DNA of 34,310 nucleotides from NCBI GenBank assembly GCA_023394255.1, contig JAEXAZ010000216.1:1-34310 (forward strand), written 5' to 3'. This DNA is from Bacillota bacterium. Lineage in GTDB: Bacteria > Bacillota > Clostridia > Oscillospirales > Ruminococcaceae. The position numbers were made by a program, and so were the translations under genes. Numbering within the stretch: position 1 is the first letter of the stretch; every line of letters starts with the position of its first letter. Shown piece after piece: positions 9,120 through 19,773 of the stretch. The notes below the pieces were generated by a model. The model saw nothing but the letters and a program-made list of their open reading frames with translations. It was not told the origin of the DNA and ran no database searches.

Positions 9120-10412
9120 ATGAAAAAGATCATTGCTCTGCTGCTTGCTTCGGCATTAATGCTCGGTACGCTTGCCGCCTGCAACCGGAACCCGGGGGCG
9201 GACAGCAGCTCGTCCTCTTCTGAACAATCCGCCACGGTATATCAGGACGGAACTTACAGCGTAAAATTTTCGGTCCCCGCGCAGGACAGAACCCTTGATT
9301 ATCTGACTGTCACGATTAAAAGCGATGAGATTACCATTGATCAATATGGCTGCAAGGAGGATACAGCCGCGCCTGTCTCTTCCGAAGCGGCCGATGCTTC
9401 GTCGGAATCCGGAGCGCCATCCGACGCGGCTTCCCCCGACGCGGATACCTCCGCAACCGAGGCGGAGCAGAAAGCCGCCGACCATTCGCAGGATATCCTC
9501 GATACCTATGAAGAGATGGGCCGCGACCTCGACGCCATGCAGTCCGAGCCGGTTAAGGGCGCGGAAGAGCATTCCTACCGTTTTATCCGCATGATGCGGA
9601 CCGTTCTCAACCAGGCAAAATCGGGAGAAACCTCCCCTGCCGAGTTAGGCCAGTATGCCGACGGCGATTACGAAGCCGTGATGCCCGACTTCAATGAGGA
9701 TGGCTGGAAAGAATTTGTTCATCTTATCGTAAAAGACGGCGATATCGACACCATAGAATATAACGCCAGAAGCGAAGATGACAACGCGAAGCTGATTACC
9801 GAGGACCCCGACCTGAACAAGGAGGACAGCGAAGCAAGCCCCGCCAAGTATTATCCCGAAATCGTGCAGAATTATAAAGACGGCGGTTATGACCTTGCAC
9901 AGCTTGGCGCGCCCGAATCCGGCGCGGAAGCAACCAGGGAATTCAAAAAGCTGCTCACGCCGCTTTTGTCGAGCATGATGTCGGGCGGCAGCACGGATAT
10001 TGTCGCATCCCGCTTTGTTGACGGCACCTATAAGGCCGAGTATGCCGATTTTGATGAATACGGCTGGAAAGAGACCGTAACCGTTAAAATCAAGAACGGC
10101 AAAGTGGAAGTTACCAACTTTGATGCAATTTCCAAAGACGATGAAAAGAAAAAGAAGTCGGATGACGAGGATTATGCCGCCAACATGAAAGAAAAAGCCG
10201 GCCTTACCCCTGCCGAGGCTTTTGAAAAGCTCATGGAGAACTTTGAAAGCGCCGATAACGACGTGACCAAAATTGAAAACGTGGCCGGCGCTACCGTTTC
10301 CTCCAATGATTTTAAGCTGCTGGTCGGCGAAATCCTTGCCACCACAGCGCGTTACGGCGCCACAAAGGAGCCTTTGCAGGTCGAGCGGATGAATGCCGAC
10401 ACGGCACAATAA
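9120..10412 (+). CDS. Lipoprotein with three FMN-binding-type domains (PplA/Tpp15-like)
   Basis: Lipobox LAAC21; repeats YQDGTY / YADGDY..DGWK / FVDGTY..YGWK; C-terminal VAGATVSS flavinylation-type motif. Confidence 0.78.
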   Translation: MKKIIALLLASALMLGTLAACNRNPGADSSSSSSEQSATVYQDGTYSVKFSVPAQDRTLDYLTVTIKSDEITIDQYGCKEDTAAPVSSEAADASSESGAPSDAASPDADTSATEAEQKAADHSQDILDTYEEMGRDLDAMQSEPVKGAEEHSYRFIRMMRTVLNQAKSGETSPAELGQYADGDYEAVMPDFNEDGWKEFVHLIVKDGDIDTIEYNARSEDDNAKLITEDPDLNKEDSEASPAKYYPEIVQNYKDGGYDLAQLGAPESGAEATREFKKLLTPLLSSMMSGGSTDIVASRFVDGTYKAEYADFDEYGWKETVTVKIKNGKVEVTNFDAISKDDEKKKKSDDEDYAANMKEKAGLTPAEAFEKLMENFESADNDVTKIENVAGATVSSNDFKLLVGEILATTARYGATKEPLQVERMNADTAQ

Positions 10413-10429
10413 AAACCCTATAAAAGCGG

Positions 10430-10459
10430 AAAACCCCGGAGACTGCTCTCCGGGGTTTT
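10430..10459. terminator. Bidirectional intrinsic terminator
   Basis: AAAACCCCGGAGA-ctgc-TCTCCGGGGTTTT. Confidence 0.85.
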
Positions 10460-10484
10460 ATGGATTCTGCGGAAGACTGACCGG

Positions 10485-11690
10485 TTAAAGGTCGAACGCG
10501 TCATGAATGGCATTGACCGCTTTGTCGGAATCCGCAAGCGCCACAAGCACGGAAATCTTGATTTCGCTGGTGGAGATCATCTGGATATTGATGTTCGCTT
10601 CGGCAAGCGCTTCAAACATCTTGCTCGCTACGCCGGGATTCGTCTGCATGCCCGCGCCGACAATGGAGACTTTGGAGATATTCTCGTCGCAGAGGATTCC
10701 CTTGCCGCCCAGACGATCGTTGATTTCCTCCATCAGGGATACTGCAAGGTCTTTATGGGAGCGGGAAACGGTGAAGCTGATATCTTTGGTGCCATCGCGC
10801 CCGATGGACTGGAGAATGATATCGACGTTCACCTTTTTCGCGGCCAGCTGAGAGAATATCTTAAACGCAAATCCCGGCTGGTCGGGAACCCCGACGATCG
10901 AAATTCGCACGACATCATTATCTCTTGCAACGCCTCTTACAAGCATTTTTTCCAACTTGATAACCTCCTTAATCTTCGTGCCCGGATTTCTGGTCAGACT
11001 GGAGAGCACCTCCAGATTCACATTGTATTTCTTTGCCATTTCAACGGAGCGGTTATGGAGCACGCCTGCGCCCAAAGACGCCAGTTCCAGCATCTCGTCA
11101 TAGGTGATTTCATCCATTTTCCTAGCTGCTTTTACCAGGCGCGGATCGGCCGTATAAACACCGTCGACATCCGTAAAGATCTGACAGAGGTCCGCGTGAA
11201 GTACCGCGGCCAGAGCAACCGCGCTGGTATCCGAGCCGCCGCGTCCAAGGGTTGTCAGGTCGTCATAGCGGTTGATTGCCTGAAACCCCGCCACAATCAC
11301 AATATTGCGCTTCGTCAGTTCATGATCGATCCGTTCTTTATTGATGCGGCGGATGCGCGCCGCGCCATGCGTCGAGTCGGACAAAAAGCCCGCCTGCCAG
11401 CCGGTCAGGGAAATCACCGGGAATCCCATCTTTTCAATTGCCATTGCCAGCAAAGACATGGAGATTTGTTCGCCTGTCGTAAGCAGGACATCCATTTCCC
11501 GTTTGGAAGCGTTTGGGTTGATTTCCTCCGCTTTCGCAATCAGGTCGTCGGTGGTGTCGCCCTGAGCGGATACCACCGCGACCACATTATTCCCTTTCTG
11601 GTAGGTTTCGGTGATGATCCGCGCCACATTAAAAATGCGTTCCGCATCCTTAACAGACGTTCCACCGAACTTCTGCACCACTAAATTCAT
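10485..11690 (-). CDS. lysC: Aspartate kinase (alpha2beta2 type, two ACT domains)
   Basis: VQKFGGTSV, VVSAQGDTTD, TTLGRGGSDTSA, TDVDGVYTADPR, STSEIKIS. Confidence 0.95.
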   Translation of the reverse strand: MNLVVQKFGGTSVKDAERIFNVARIITETYQKGNNVVAVVSAQGDTTDDLIAKAEEINPNASKREMDVLLTTGEQISMSLLAMAIEKMGFPVISLTGWQAGFLSDSTHGAARIRRINKERIDHELTKRNIVIVAGFQAINRYDDLTTLGRGGSDTSAVALAAVLHADLCQIFTDVDGVYTADPRLVKAARKMDEITYDEMLELASLGAGVLHNRSVEMAKKYNVNLEVLSSLTRNPGTKIKEVIKLEKMLVRGVARDNDVVRISIVGVPDQPGFAFKIFSQLAAKKVNVDIILQSIGRDGTKDISFTVSRSHKDLAVSLMEEINDRLGGKGILCDENISKVSIVGAGMQTNPGVASKMFEALAEANINIQMISTSEIKISVLVALADSDKAVNAIHDAFDL

Positions 11691-11755
11691 GCCAATTCCT
11701 CCATTATTTTAAAGGCGTGTCTCCAATAGGCGGTCTTCCCAACGTTCGCGGCCGC

Positions 11756-12664
11756 CTATTTCGAGCCATCTTCCTCTTTTTCAACCACAGTGCCCACATT
11801 GTCTATGGAAAGTGTGCGCACCTGCCAGCCATACAGCCCCAGCTCCGGGAGCCTCCTGGCAACGCAGTCCCCAAAATCGCTCAGCCCCGCATCCACGATT
11901 GCCATCAGCGTGGAGCCTGCCCCGCTGATAAACGCAGCATAAGCGCCCAGATTGTAGCAGGCTTCCATCACCTGCGCCCCGCCTTGGATGAGGCCGAGAC
12001 GGTAGGGCTGGTGAATCCGGTCGTCGGCGGCGACCCGCAGATTGTGGTAATTGCCGCTGTACAGTGAGACGGACATCAGGGCGGCGCGTGAAAGATTGAA
12101 CACGCCGTCCCTCCTGTCGATTGAATCCGGAAGCACCGATCTGGCTCTGGATGTTTTCAGTTCAAAATCGGGAATGACCGCAACAAAACGCAGGTCATTT
12201 TTGATTTCCTGCTTCACAAAAAATACCCTCTGCCCTTCCATTGCCGCGGTCACAAGGCCACCGACGAGCGCAGGGGTAGAATTATCCGGATGTCCCTCGA
12301 TGGATGCTGCAATATTGATCAGCTCGGCGTCCGACACAGGATTCCCCATCAGGGTATTGGCGCCTTTCAGCCCGGCTATGACACAGGCGGAAGAGCTGCC
12401 AAGCCCGCGGGCAAACGGAATATTGTTAATTTGTCCGATTTCCATGCCGTAAAACGGAACGCCGCAGATGTGGTAAAGTTCCCGTACCGTGGAATAGACC
12501 AGATTGGATTCATCCATTGGTACCGGTATCCCGTCCAGCGAAGTAATCCGGCAGCGGTCCGACTCCTCCATGGTGACATAGTTGTAGAGGTTGACGGCAA
12601 GGCCAATGGAATCAAAACCCGGCCCGATATTGGCGCTGGTGGCCGGAATACGAATTTTAATCAT
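11756..12664 (-). CDS. thrB: Homoserine kinase
   Basis: PATSANIGPGFD, PFARGLGSSS, EGHPDN, HQPYR, ISGAGST. Confidence 0.96.
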   Translation of the reverse strand: MIKIRIPATSANIGPGFDSIGLAVNLYNYVTMEESDRCRITSLDGIPVPMDESNLVYSTVRELYHICGVPFYGMEIGQINNIPFARGLGSSSACVIAGLKGANTLMGNPVSDAELINIAASIEGHPDNSTPALVGGLVTAAMEGQRVFFVKQEIKNDLRFVAVIPDFELKTSRARSVLPDSIDRRDGVFNLSRAALMSVSLYSGNYHNLRVAADDRIHQPYRLGLIQGGAQVMEACYNLGAYAAFISGAGSTLMAIVDAGLSDFGDCVARRLPELGLYGWQVRTLSIDNVGTVVEKEEDGSK

Positions 12665-13911
12665 CAGTAATCAAGCACCCGGATTTTTCCAAGGAATTCT
12701 ACGCCCATTCCTTCCAGTTTTTGAATTGCCGCATCAATATCATATTCCATAAGTACCGGCGTGATGAATGCAAATTCATTTGCAGGCTGATGAGTCCGCC
12801 TGAGCAGGTGAAGTTCCCCGAACAGACGGCCCGCCTCCTGCAGAAGGGCCTCTGAAGCAGAGCGGCAGCGCAGATACATCGCGGTTCTGTTTTCCCCCTG
12901 TTTTGCAACGTTGCCGCCGCTGGAGGGCGCCCACCGCAGGGAGGGGCTGGTATCGGCGGCTTTGGCGCAGTCGATGATATCGCCCACAACCGCGGAAGCG
13001 GTCGGCAGTTTCCCGGCGCCTTTCCCATAAAACACAACATCCCCGGTCGCGTCCCCGCGCACCAGAATCCCGTTGAAAACATCGTCAACGGTGCCGAGCT
13101 GGCTTTCCTTATGAATCAGGGCCGGCGTTACCATCGCGGTAATTTTGCCGCCGGCTTCTTCCCTTTTGGCGCGCCCGATCAGTTTGATTACACAGTCGTT
13201 GTCGGCCGCATAGGCAACGTCCTCAGGGGTAATCTTTGTGATTCCTTCGGTATGGACATCTTTTGGATAGACATGCTCGCCGAAAGAAAGCGCCGCCAGA
13301 ATGCAGATCTTGCGGCAGGCGTCGTGGCCTTCCACATCCGCCTCGGGATTCCGCTCCGCGTAGCCAAGCTTCTGGGCAAGCGCCAGAGCATCCTCAAAGG
13401 ACATCTGTTCACGGATCATCTTTGTGAGGATGAAATTGGTGGTTCCGTTGAGGATTCCCGCGATTTCCTCAATCCTGTTCGCCGCAAGGCACATATGCAG
13501 CGGCCGGATAATGGGGATTCCCCCGCCGACACTGGCTTCAAAGAAATAGTTAACATGGTGCTCACGCGCGAGGGCAAGCAGTTCCGCCCCCCGCTGCGCC
13601 ACCAGCTCCTTGTTGGAGGTTACCACGCTTTTCCCGCGCTCCAGACAGGTCCTGGTGAAGGTATACGCAGGCTCCAGACCGCCGATTACCTCGGCAACCA
13701 CCTTTACGCTGTCATCGTCCGCAATGATATTGAAGTCTTTTACAAAGCGGTCAGCATAAGGGAGGTCCGGAAAATCGCGAAGGTCCAGGATATATTTCAG
13801 GTCAAGCTCCTGCCCCGCCTTCTTTTCCAGTGCGGCTCGGTTCTTAAAAAAGACCTCAGCCACTCCGGAACCGACGGTGCCGTGCCCCAAAACAGCAATA
13901 TTCATTCTCAT
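12664..13911 (-). CDS. hom: Homoserine dehydrogenase
   Basis: LGHGTVGSGV, VVTSNK, FEASVGGGIP, GILNGTTNFIL, GAGKLPTASAV. Confidence 0.96.
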   Translation of the reverse strand: MRMNIAVLGHGTVGSGVAEVFFKNRAALEKKAGQELDLKYILDLRDFPDLPYADRFVKDFNIIADDDSVKVVAEVIGGLEPAYTFTRTCLERGKSVVTSNKELVAQRGAELLALAREHHVNYFFEASVGGGIPIIRPLHMCLAANRIEEIAGILNGTTNFILTKMIREQMSFEDALALAQKLGYAERNPEADVEGHDACRKICILAALSFGEHVYPKDVHTEGITKITPEDVAYAADNDCVIKLIGRAKREEAGGKITAMVTPALIHKESQLGTVDDVFNGILVRGDATGDVVFYGKGAGKLPTASAVVGDIIDCAKAADTSPSLRWAPSSGGNVAKQGENRTAMYLRCRSASEALLQEAGRLFGELHLLRRTHQPANEFAFITPVLMEYDIDAAIQKLEGMGVEFLGKIRVLDY

Positions 13912-13957
13912 TTGCCTCCCATATTTTCATCTGCCCCGGCCGCGGGGATAAGAAAGA

Positions 13958-14392
13958 TCAAATTGCTTTGGCTTCCACAATTCCGTCCAGCGCTTCCAGC
14001 CTTTCGAGGATTTCCGAGCGGGACAGGCTCGCGCTGTTGGTGCGCACAGAGACGGAAACCAATGCCACACCGTCAACCGGAATATTCTGATTCACGGTGA
14101 TGATATTGGCGCCGGCCTGGTACAGTTCCCCAAGCAGTGAGGACAGCACACCCGGCCGGTCCTCCAGCGTCAGATAAAATGTGACAATATTTTCATTCAT
14201 GCGCTCATCATAAAGATATACGGAGTCCTTATATTTATAAAATGCGCTTCGCGAAATGTCTGCCATCTGCGCCGCCTGCGAAGAACTTTTGGCTTTTCCC
14301 TGGGCAAGGTACATCTTCGCCTGCACAACTTTTGTAAAGACTTCCGGCAGCACCTGCGCATCTACCAGCAGAAATTTCACATTGTCAGTCAT
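13958..14392 (-). CDS. thrR: ACT-domain transcriptional regulator (ThrR/PheB family)
   Basis: LPEVFTKVVQAK, HTH ISRSAFYKYKD, ACT EDRPGVLS..NIITVNQNIP; first gene of hom-thrB operon; ATG 14392 after AGGAGG. Confidence 0.85.
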   Translation of the reverse strand: MTDNVKFLLVDAQVLPEVFTKVVQAKMYLAQGKAKSSSQAAQMADISRSAFYKYKDSVYLYDERMNENIVTFYLTLEDRPGVLSSLLGELYQAGANIITVNQNIPVDGVALVSVSVRTNSASLSRSEILERLEALDGIVEAKAI

Positions 14393-14433
14393 TTTGTCCG
14401 CCTCCTGCAAACTTTTGTTTTGCCACGAAATAC

Positions 14434-14462
14434 ACTATAACATATTGCATTACTATTGTAAA
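14434..14462 (-). promoter_or_regulatory. SigA promoter of thrR-hom-thrB-lysC
   Basis: TTTACA-17 bp-TATAGT on minus strand. Confidence 0.65.
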
Positions 14463-14714
14463 GTGTCAGGTTGTCAGAGAATTCTCTGTTTATCAAATTG
14501 CTTCTGTCTAGATTATACAAATGCCGGCCGGCCGTCTTTAGAAAAGCTTTTCCGCCCGGCTTTCCGTGTCAAAAAAGACTGTTCGCGGCAAGATTCGTCT
14601 GTTTTCCGTTATTTCAGTCATTTATTGAAAATTTCCTTTGTATTTTACCATAGAAAATGTTATACTGTTGCGTAAAGAGACAGGAATCATTACTTGCTGA
14701 AAGGGTGGCATACG

Positions 14715-15467
14715 ATGGAGGACTCGGGTGTTTTTAAATCGGCTGCATTTGGCGGATTTGACAAAAAGTCAGTGCTGACATACATAGATTCCCTGAACGA
14801 GGAATTCCACGAATCTGAGTTGGCCTATCAGGAAAAACTGGAGGCGTTCGAAAAGGCACAGGAGTCCCAGCTGGCGCACATCAAAAGCCTGGAGGCGCAG
14901 ATTGCCGACGGGGAACGCAAACTGAATGCCGTAGCCAAACAGCTTGAAGACGAGCGCGAACTGGCGAAACAGGCGCAGAGCATGATTGCGGAGCTTGATT
15001 CGAAAAGCCAGGCCCTGCAAAAAAAGCTGGACGATAACGAGCGCGAGATGCAGATCCAGCTTGAACGGAACCGCCAGCTTCAGTTCAAAGTGGAAAGCTG
15101 TGAATATAAAAGCCGCAAATATGACGACCTGTCCACACAGATCGGCGACGCGATTATCGACGCAAAGCAGAATGCCGAAAAAATCATCCGGGCTGCCAAC
15201 GTCCGCGCCGAGGAAATCTCCCAGCAGGCGCAAAATTATATGAAAAACTTTTACGCTGAATTATCCTCCTTCAGCAGTGATGCCGCGCATCTCCAAAAGT
15301 CGGTGGAAGAGATTCTTTTCGTGCTCAATGACCGTGTGGATGTCATGCAGGACATTATCCGCCAGGTCGAGCAGCGGTTTAACCCCAATGGCGTCCAGCT
15401 GGATTACACGGAGCAAAACGAGCGGGAAACCACGGATGAGAGCGGGAGCGAACCCTCAAAGCCCTGA
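14715..15467 (+). CDS. DivIVA-like coiled-coil protein
   Basis: N-terminal FKSAAFGGFDKKSVLTYI resembles the DivIVA membrane-binding motif; long heptad-rich helix; AKQNAEKIIRAA segment. Confidence 0.65.
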   Translation: MEDSGVFKSAAFGGFDKKSVLTYIDSLNEEFHESELAYQEKLEAFEKAQESQLAHIKSLEAQIADGERKLNAVAKQLEDERELAKQAQSMIAELDSKSQALQKKLDDNEREMQIQLERNRQLQFKVESCEYKSRKYDDLSTQIGDAIIDAKQNAEKIIRAANVRAEEISQQAQNYMKNFYAELSSFSSDAAHLQKSVEEILFVLNDRVDVMQDIIRQVEQRFNPNGVQLDYTEQNERETTDESGSEPSKP

Positions 15468-15483
15468 ACAAAACAGTTGATAG

Positions 15484-15513
15484 AAAAGCGCACCCCCAAG
15501 GGGTGCGCTTTTT
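15484..15513. terminator. Bidirectional intrinsic terminator
   Basis: AAAAGCGCACCCC-caa-GGGGTGCGCTTTT. Confidence 0.85.
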
Positions 15514-15520
15514 GATTTTC

Positions 15521-17074
<1,554 letters not shown>

Positions 17075-17147
17075 TAGTCTTAATCTACAAATTATTATCG
17101 ACCGTCAGCAAACAACATAGAACTTTCCGCATACGTATGACTAATGA

Positions 17148-18263
17148 TCAAATTGGCGGTGTGTGGCGCGCCCGGTAGTCCGCCAGCAGCAGATCCACCA
17201 TCCGTCCGTAGCTCTGAACGCCGTCGCTTTGCGCGTTGGCCTGCAGATAAGCATTATTCACCGCATCTGAGACTTTCGCGACAGGTCCCTCATACCGCGC
17301 CCAATACGCGTTGTTATATTGAAAATCCTTCCGGACACCGTCAGACAGCAGATCATTGACCTGCGTAAACAGTTCCCAGTCGTCGGAAGCAAGCCTGTTC
17401 AGAGAATGAATCAGCGCCAGCATAACGCCGCTGTAGCGGAAATCCGGAGAGTCGCTGCGCTCACAGGCCAGATATCCGATGAAATTCGCTTCATCTTCCC
17501 GCATAAATCCCCTCGTGTGCGCCAGCTCATGGCACATGGTTGCGGGGATGGAATAGTCGGGACAGGCTACATTTACATTTGCTTCAAAAGTATAGGGCGT
17601 AAAGACGCCGGTCAGCTGCATCATCGACATCCACCAGGAATTCACCAGCGGCTTCGGCGTGATATTCATGCCGGGCAGCACCGCGTAATCCTCCGCCAGC
17701 CGGGCGAAGGATTCCCTTGCGATCTTTGCTGTGGCGCGGTTGCTTTGCGAAAGCATCATCACGCCGGTTTCATCCAGCCTGACATCCTTTCTCAGTTCGT
17801 TTGCCCGCTGAATCAGCTCCGAACACAAAGCCGACAGCTCCTCCGAAGAGGAATCCCGCACCGCAAGCCCGCTGAACGTCGTAAACTCCGGACGGTAATA
17901 ATTCAGCCCGCAGAACAGGACGAACACAAACAACACAAAGCAGGCCAGTTTCAGCCCCCATTCGGGCAGTCTGCGCCACGGAATCCGAATCCTGCGGAAC
18001 GCCGCAAGCAGCAGGAGCGTTGGAAGCATAACGATCGCCATACAGATGAAAAACTCCGCAAGGGAGAACGGCAGCAGAGAAACCAGCGTTCCAAACAGGT
18101 TTTCCATCACAGGGTAAAAACCGGTTGAGTAGTACCGCTCCACCAGCCCGGGATTGCTTCGGGCGACGCACACAAGCAGGAATGAAACCGGCGCCAGCAA
18201 CAGCGGCCACCAGCGTCTGAAAAGGATCTGTATCAACTGTTTTTTTCCGGTTTCGACATTCAT
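17148..18263 (-). CDS. DUF3810 family membrane-anchored putative zinc metallopeptidase
   Basis: N-terminal TM helices, GLNYYR, PYTFEANVN, CHELAH..GFMREDEANF (HExxH), SYGRMVDLL; ATGA overlap with upstream Smr gene. Confidence 0.8.
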   Translation of the reverse strand: MNVETGKKQLIQILFRRWWPLLLAPVSFLLVCVARSNPGLVERYYSTGFYPVMENLFGTLVSLLPFSLAEFFICMAIVMLPTLLLLAAFRRIRIPWRRLPEWGLKLACFVLFVFVLFCGLNYYRPEFTTFSGLAVRDSSSEELSALCSELIQRANELRKDVRLDETGVMMLSQSNRATAKIARESFARLAEDYAVLPGMNITPKPLVNSWWMSMMQLTGVFTPYTFEANVNVACPDYSIPATMCHELAHTRGFMREDEANFIGYLACERSDSPDFRYSGVMLALIHSLNRLASDDWELFTQVNDLLSDGVRKDFQYNNAYWARYEGPVAKVSDAVNNAYLQANAQSDGVQSYGRMVDLLLADYRARHTPPI

Positions 18264-18604
18264 AAGATCACCACCGTAATTCCCTGGTTGCAGCGGGTAT
18301 AATCCCTGTCGCGGGCGAGCTCCGGGCATAGCTGGAGCGCGCGGCGCGCGCACTCCTCAAAAGGGGAGAACTCCTCGCCGAAAACCACTTCCTTTATGGT
18401 TCCGGACTGTTTCATCAGTCCCAGTTCCCGGCGCACGCCGGTCCGAATCCGGCCGCCATGCCCGCTGGAGCCGTATCCGTGGATCAGCTTAAGCGCGACC
18501 GCCCGCTGCGCCTTTGCGGAACGCAGCGCGGCGGTCATCCGCGATTTTGCAATCTCAACCGTGGGCATGCCCGCCTCAAGGTTGACAGTCAGCACCCCCG
18601 GCAT
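18260..18604 (-). CDS. Stand-alone Smr/MutS2 domain protein
   Basis: VNLEAGMPTVEIA, LKLIHGYGSSGHGG, NQGITVVIL. Confidence 0.82.
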   Translation of the reverse strand: MPGVLTVNLEAGMPTVEIAKSRMTAALRSAKAQRAVALKLIHGYGSSGHGGRIRTGVRRELGLMKQSGTIKEVVFGEEFSPFEECARRALQLCPELARDRDYTRCNQGITVVIL

Positions 18605-18605
18605 C

Positions 18606-19571
18606 CTATCTCACCAATGCCGCGCATTCCTCCGCGGACAGCGTAAAATCACAGTCGGACATGGTATCCTCAAGCTGTCCGACCGTGGAACAGCCGACCA
18701 GCGCCGCGCTTTGGAGCGGGTTGGAGGTCAAAAACGCCATCCCGATTGCGGCGGCGGATTTTCCGGTTTTTTCACTCATCGCCCGGACTGCCGCAAGGCG
18801 GCGACGGTTCACAGGGTTGTCATAGCGCTGCACAAATTTGTCCTGCAGGGTGCCGCCCTCCAGCAGTTTGGAATAAAAACCGCCGCCCTGAGACGCAAAT
18901 CCCATCACCGGGACCCGGTTTTCCAGATAGCCCTGATACTCGGTTTCGTTCATGCAGACCATCGTGGGATCGTTCCACAGTTCTCCTGTCGTATACGCGA
19001 TCCCCCACTGAATCTGGGAAATGGCAAACGGGGTCTTTCCATGCGCCTTCGCGTAGGCATTCGCCTCGTTGATGCGCGCAACTGTCCAGTTGGAGGCGCC
19101 CAGCGCGCGGATTTTTCCCGCCTTCACGTGCTCATCCATCATATCCACAATCTCTCCGACAGGCATATCCGGGTTATCCCTGTGGAGAAAATAAATATCG
19201 ACATAGTCAACGCCCAGTTCGCTCAGGCTGGTCTCCAGTTCCAGATCGACAACCTCCCGGCAGATCCGGCTTTTGGTCAGATTGTTCCGGTCCGGAAGCG
19301 CGCCTTTTGTCACCAGGATGATATCATTCCGGTTTTTGCGCGCCGCCATCCAGCGCCCCACAATCGGCTCGCTGCGGGAAATTGTGTCGTCCGCATTTTT
19401 GCGGCCGTAAATACGCGCGGTATCGATGGTATTGCCCCCCAGTTCCAGATACCGGTCCATCAGCGCCCACGCGCGTTTTTCCGGAATTGTGACGCCGAAA
19501 TAATCCGCCCCTTTGGCAATCTTTGACATCTTCAGAACCCCGTCCACCGCCTGCACATCCATAAATTTCAT
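18606..19571 (-). CDS. Aldo/keto reductase
   Basis: GGNTIDTARIYG, LVTKG, VDIYFLHRD, GKIRALGASNW; promoter TTGTAA-17-TATAAT at 19637-19609. Confidence 0.92.
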   Translation of the reverse strand: MKFMDVQAVDGVLKMSKIAKGADYFGVTIPEKRAWALMDRYLELGGNTIDTARIYGRKNADDTISRSEPIVGRWMAARKNRNDIILVTKGALPDRNNLTKSRICREVVDLELETSLSELGVDYVDIYFLHRDNPDMPVGEIVDMMDEHVKAGKIRALGASNWTVARINEANAYAKAHGKTPFAISQIQWGIAYTTGELWNDPTMVCMNETEYQGYLENRVPVMGFASQGGGFYSKLLEGGTLQDKFVQRYDNPVNRRRLAAVRAMSEKTGKSAAAIGMAFLTSNPLQSAALVGCSTVGQLEDTMSDCDFTLSAEECAALVR

Positions 19572-19773
19572 TGCTTTACCCTCCCTGATTTCATAGCCGT
19601 TTTTTTCTATTATACCGGTCTGATTCCCATATTACAACCCGGACCGCCGCCGTTTGGGCCCACAAATAAAAAAAATTGATTTCCAATTATTGTTACCGCA
19701 TTTTCTCGACGTCGGATTGTAAGGGACTGGGAAAAGTGGTAGACTAACAAAAGACTTTTCAGGGGGTGATCAG

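Noticed and set aside
11691..11755. Lysine riboswitch before lysC
   Set aside because: Only 65 bp between thrB and lysC; a single hairpin, too short for an L-box.
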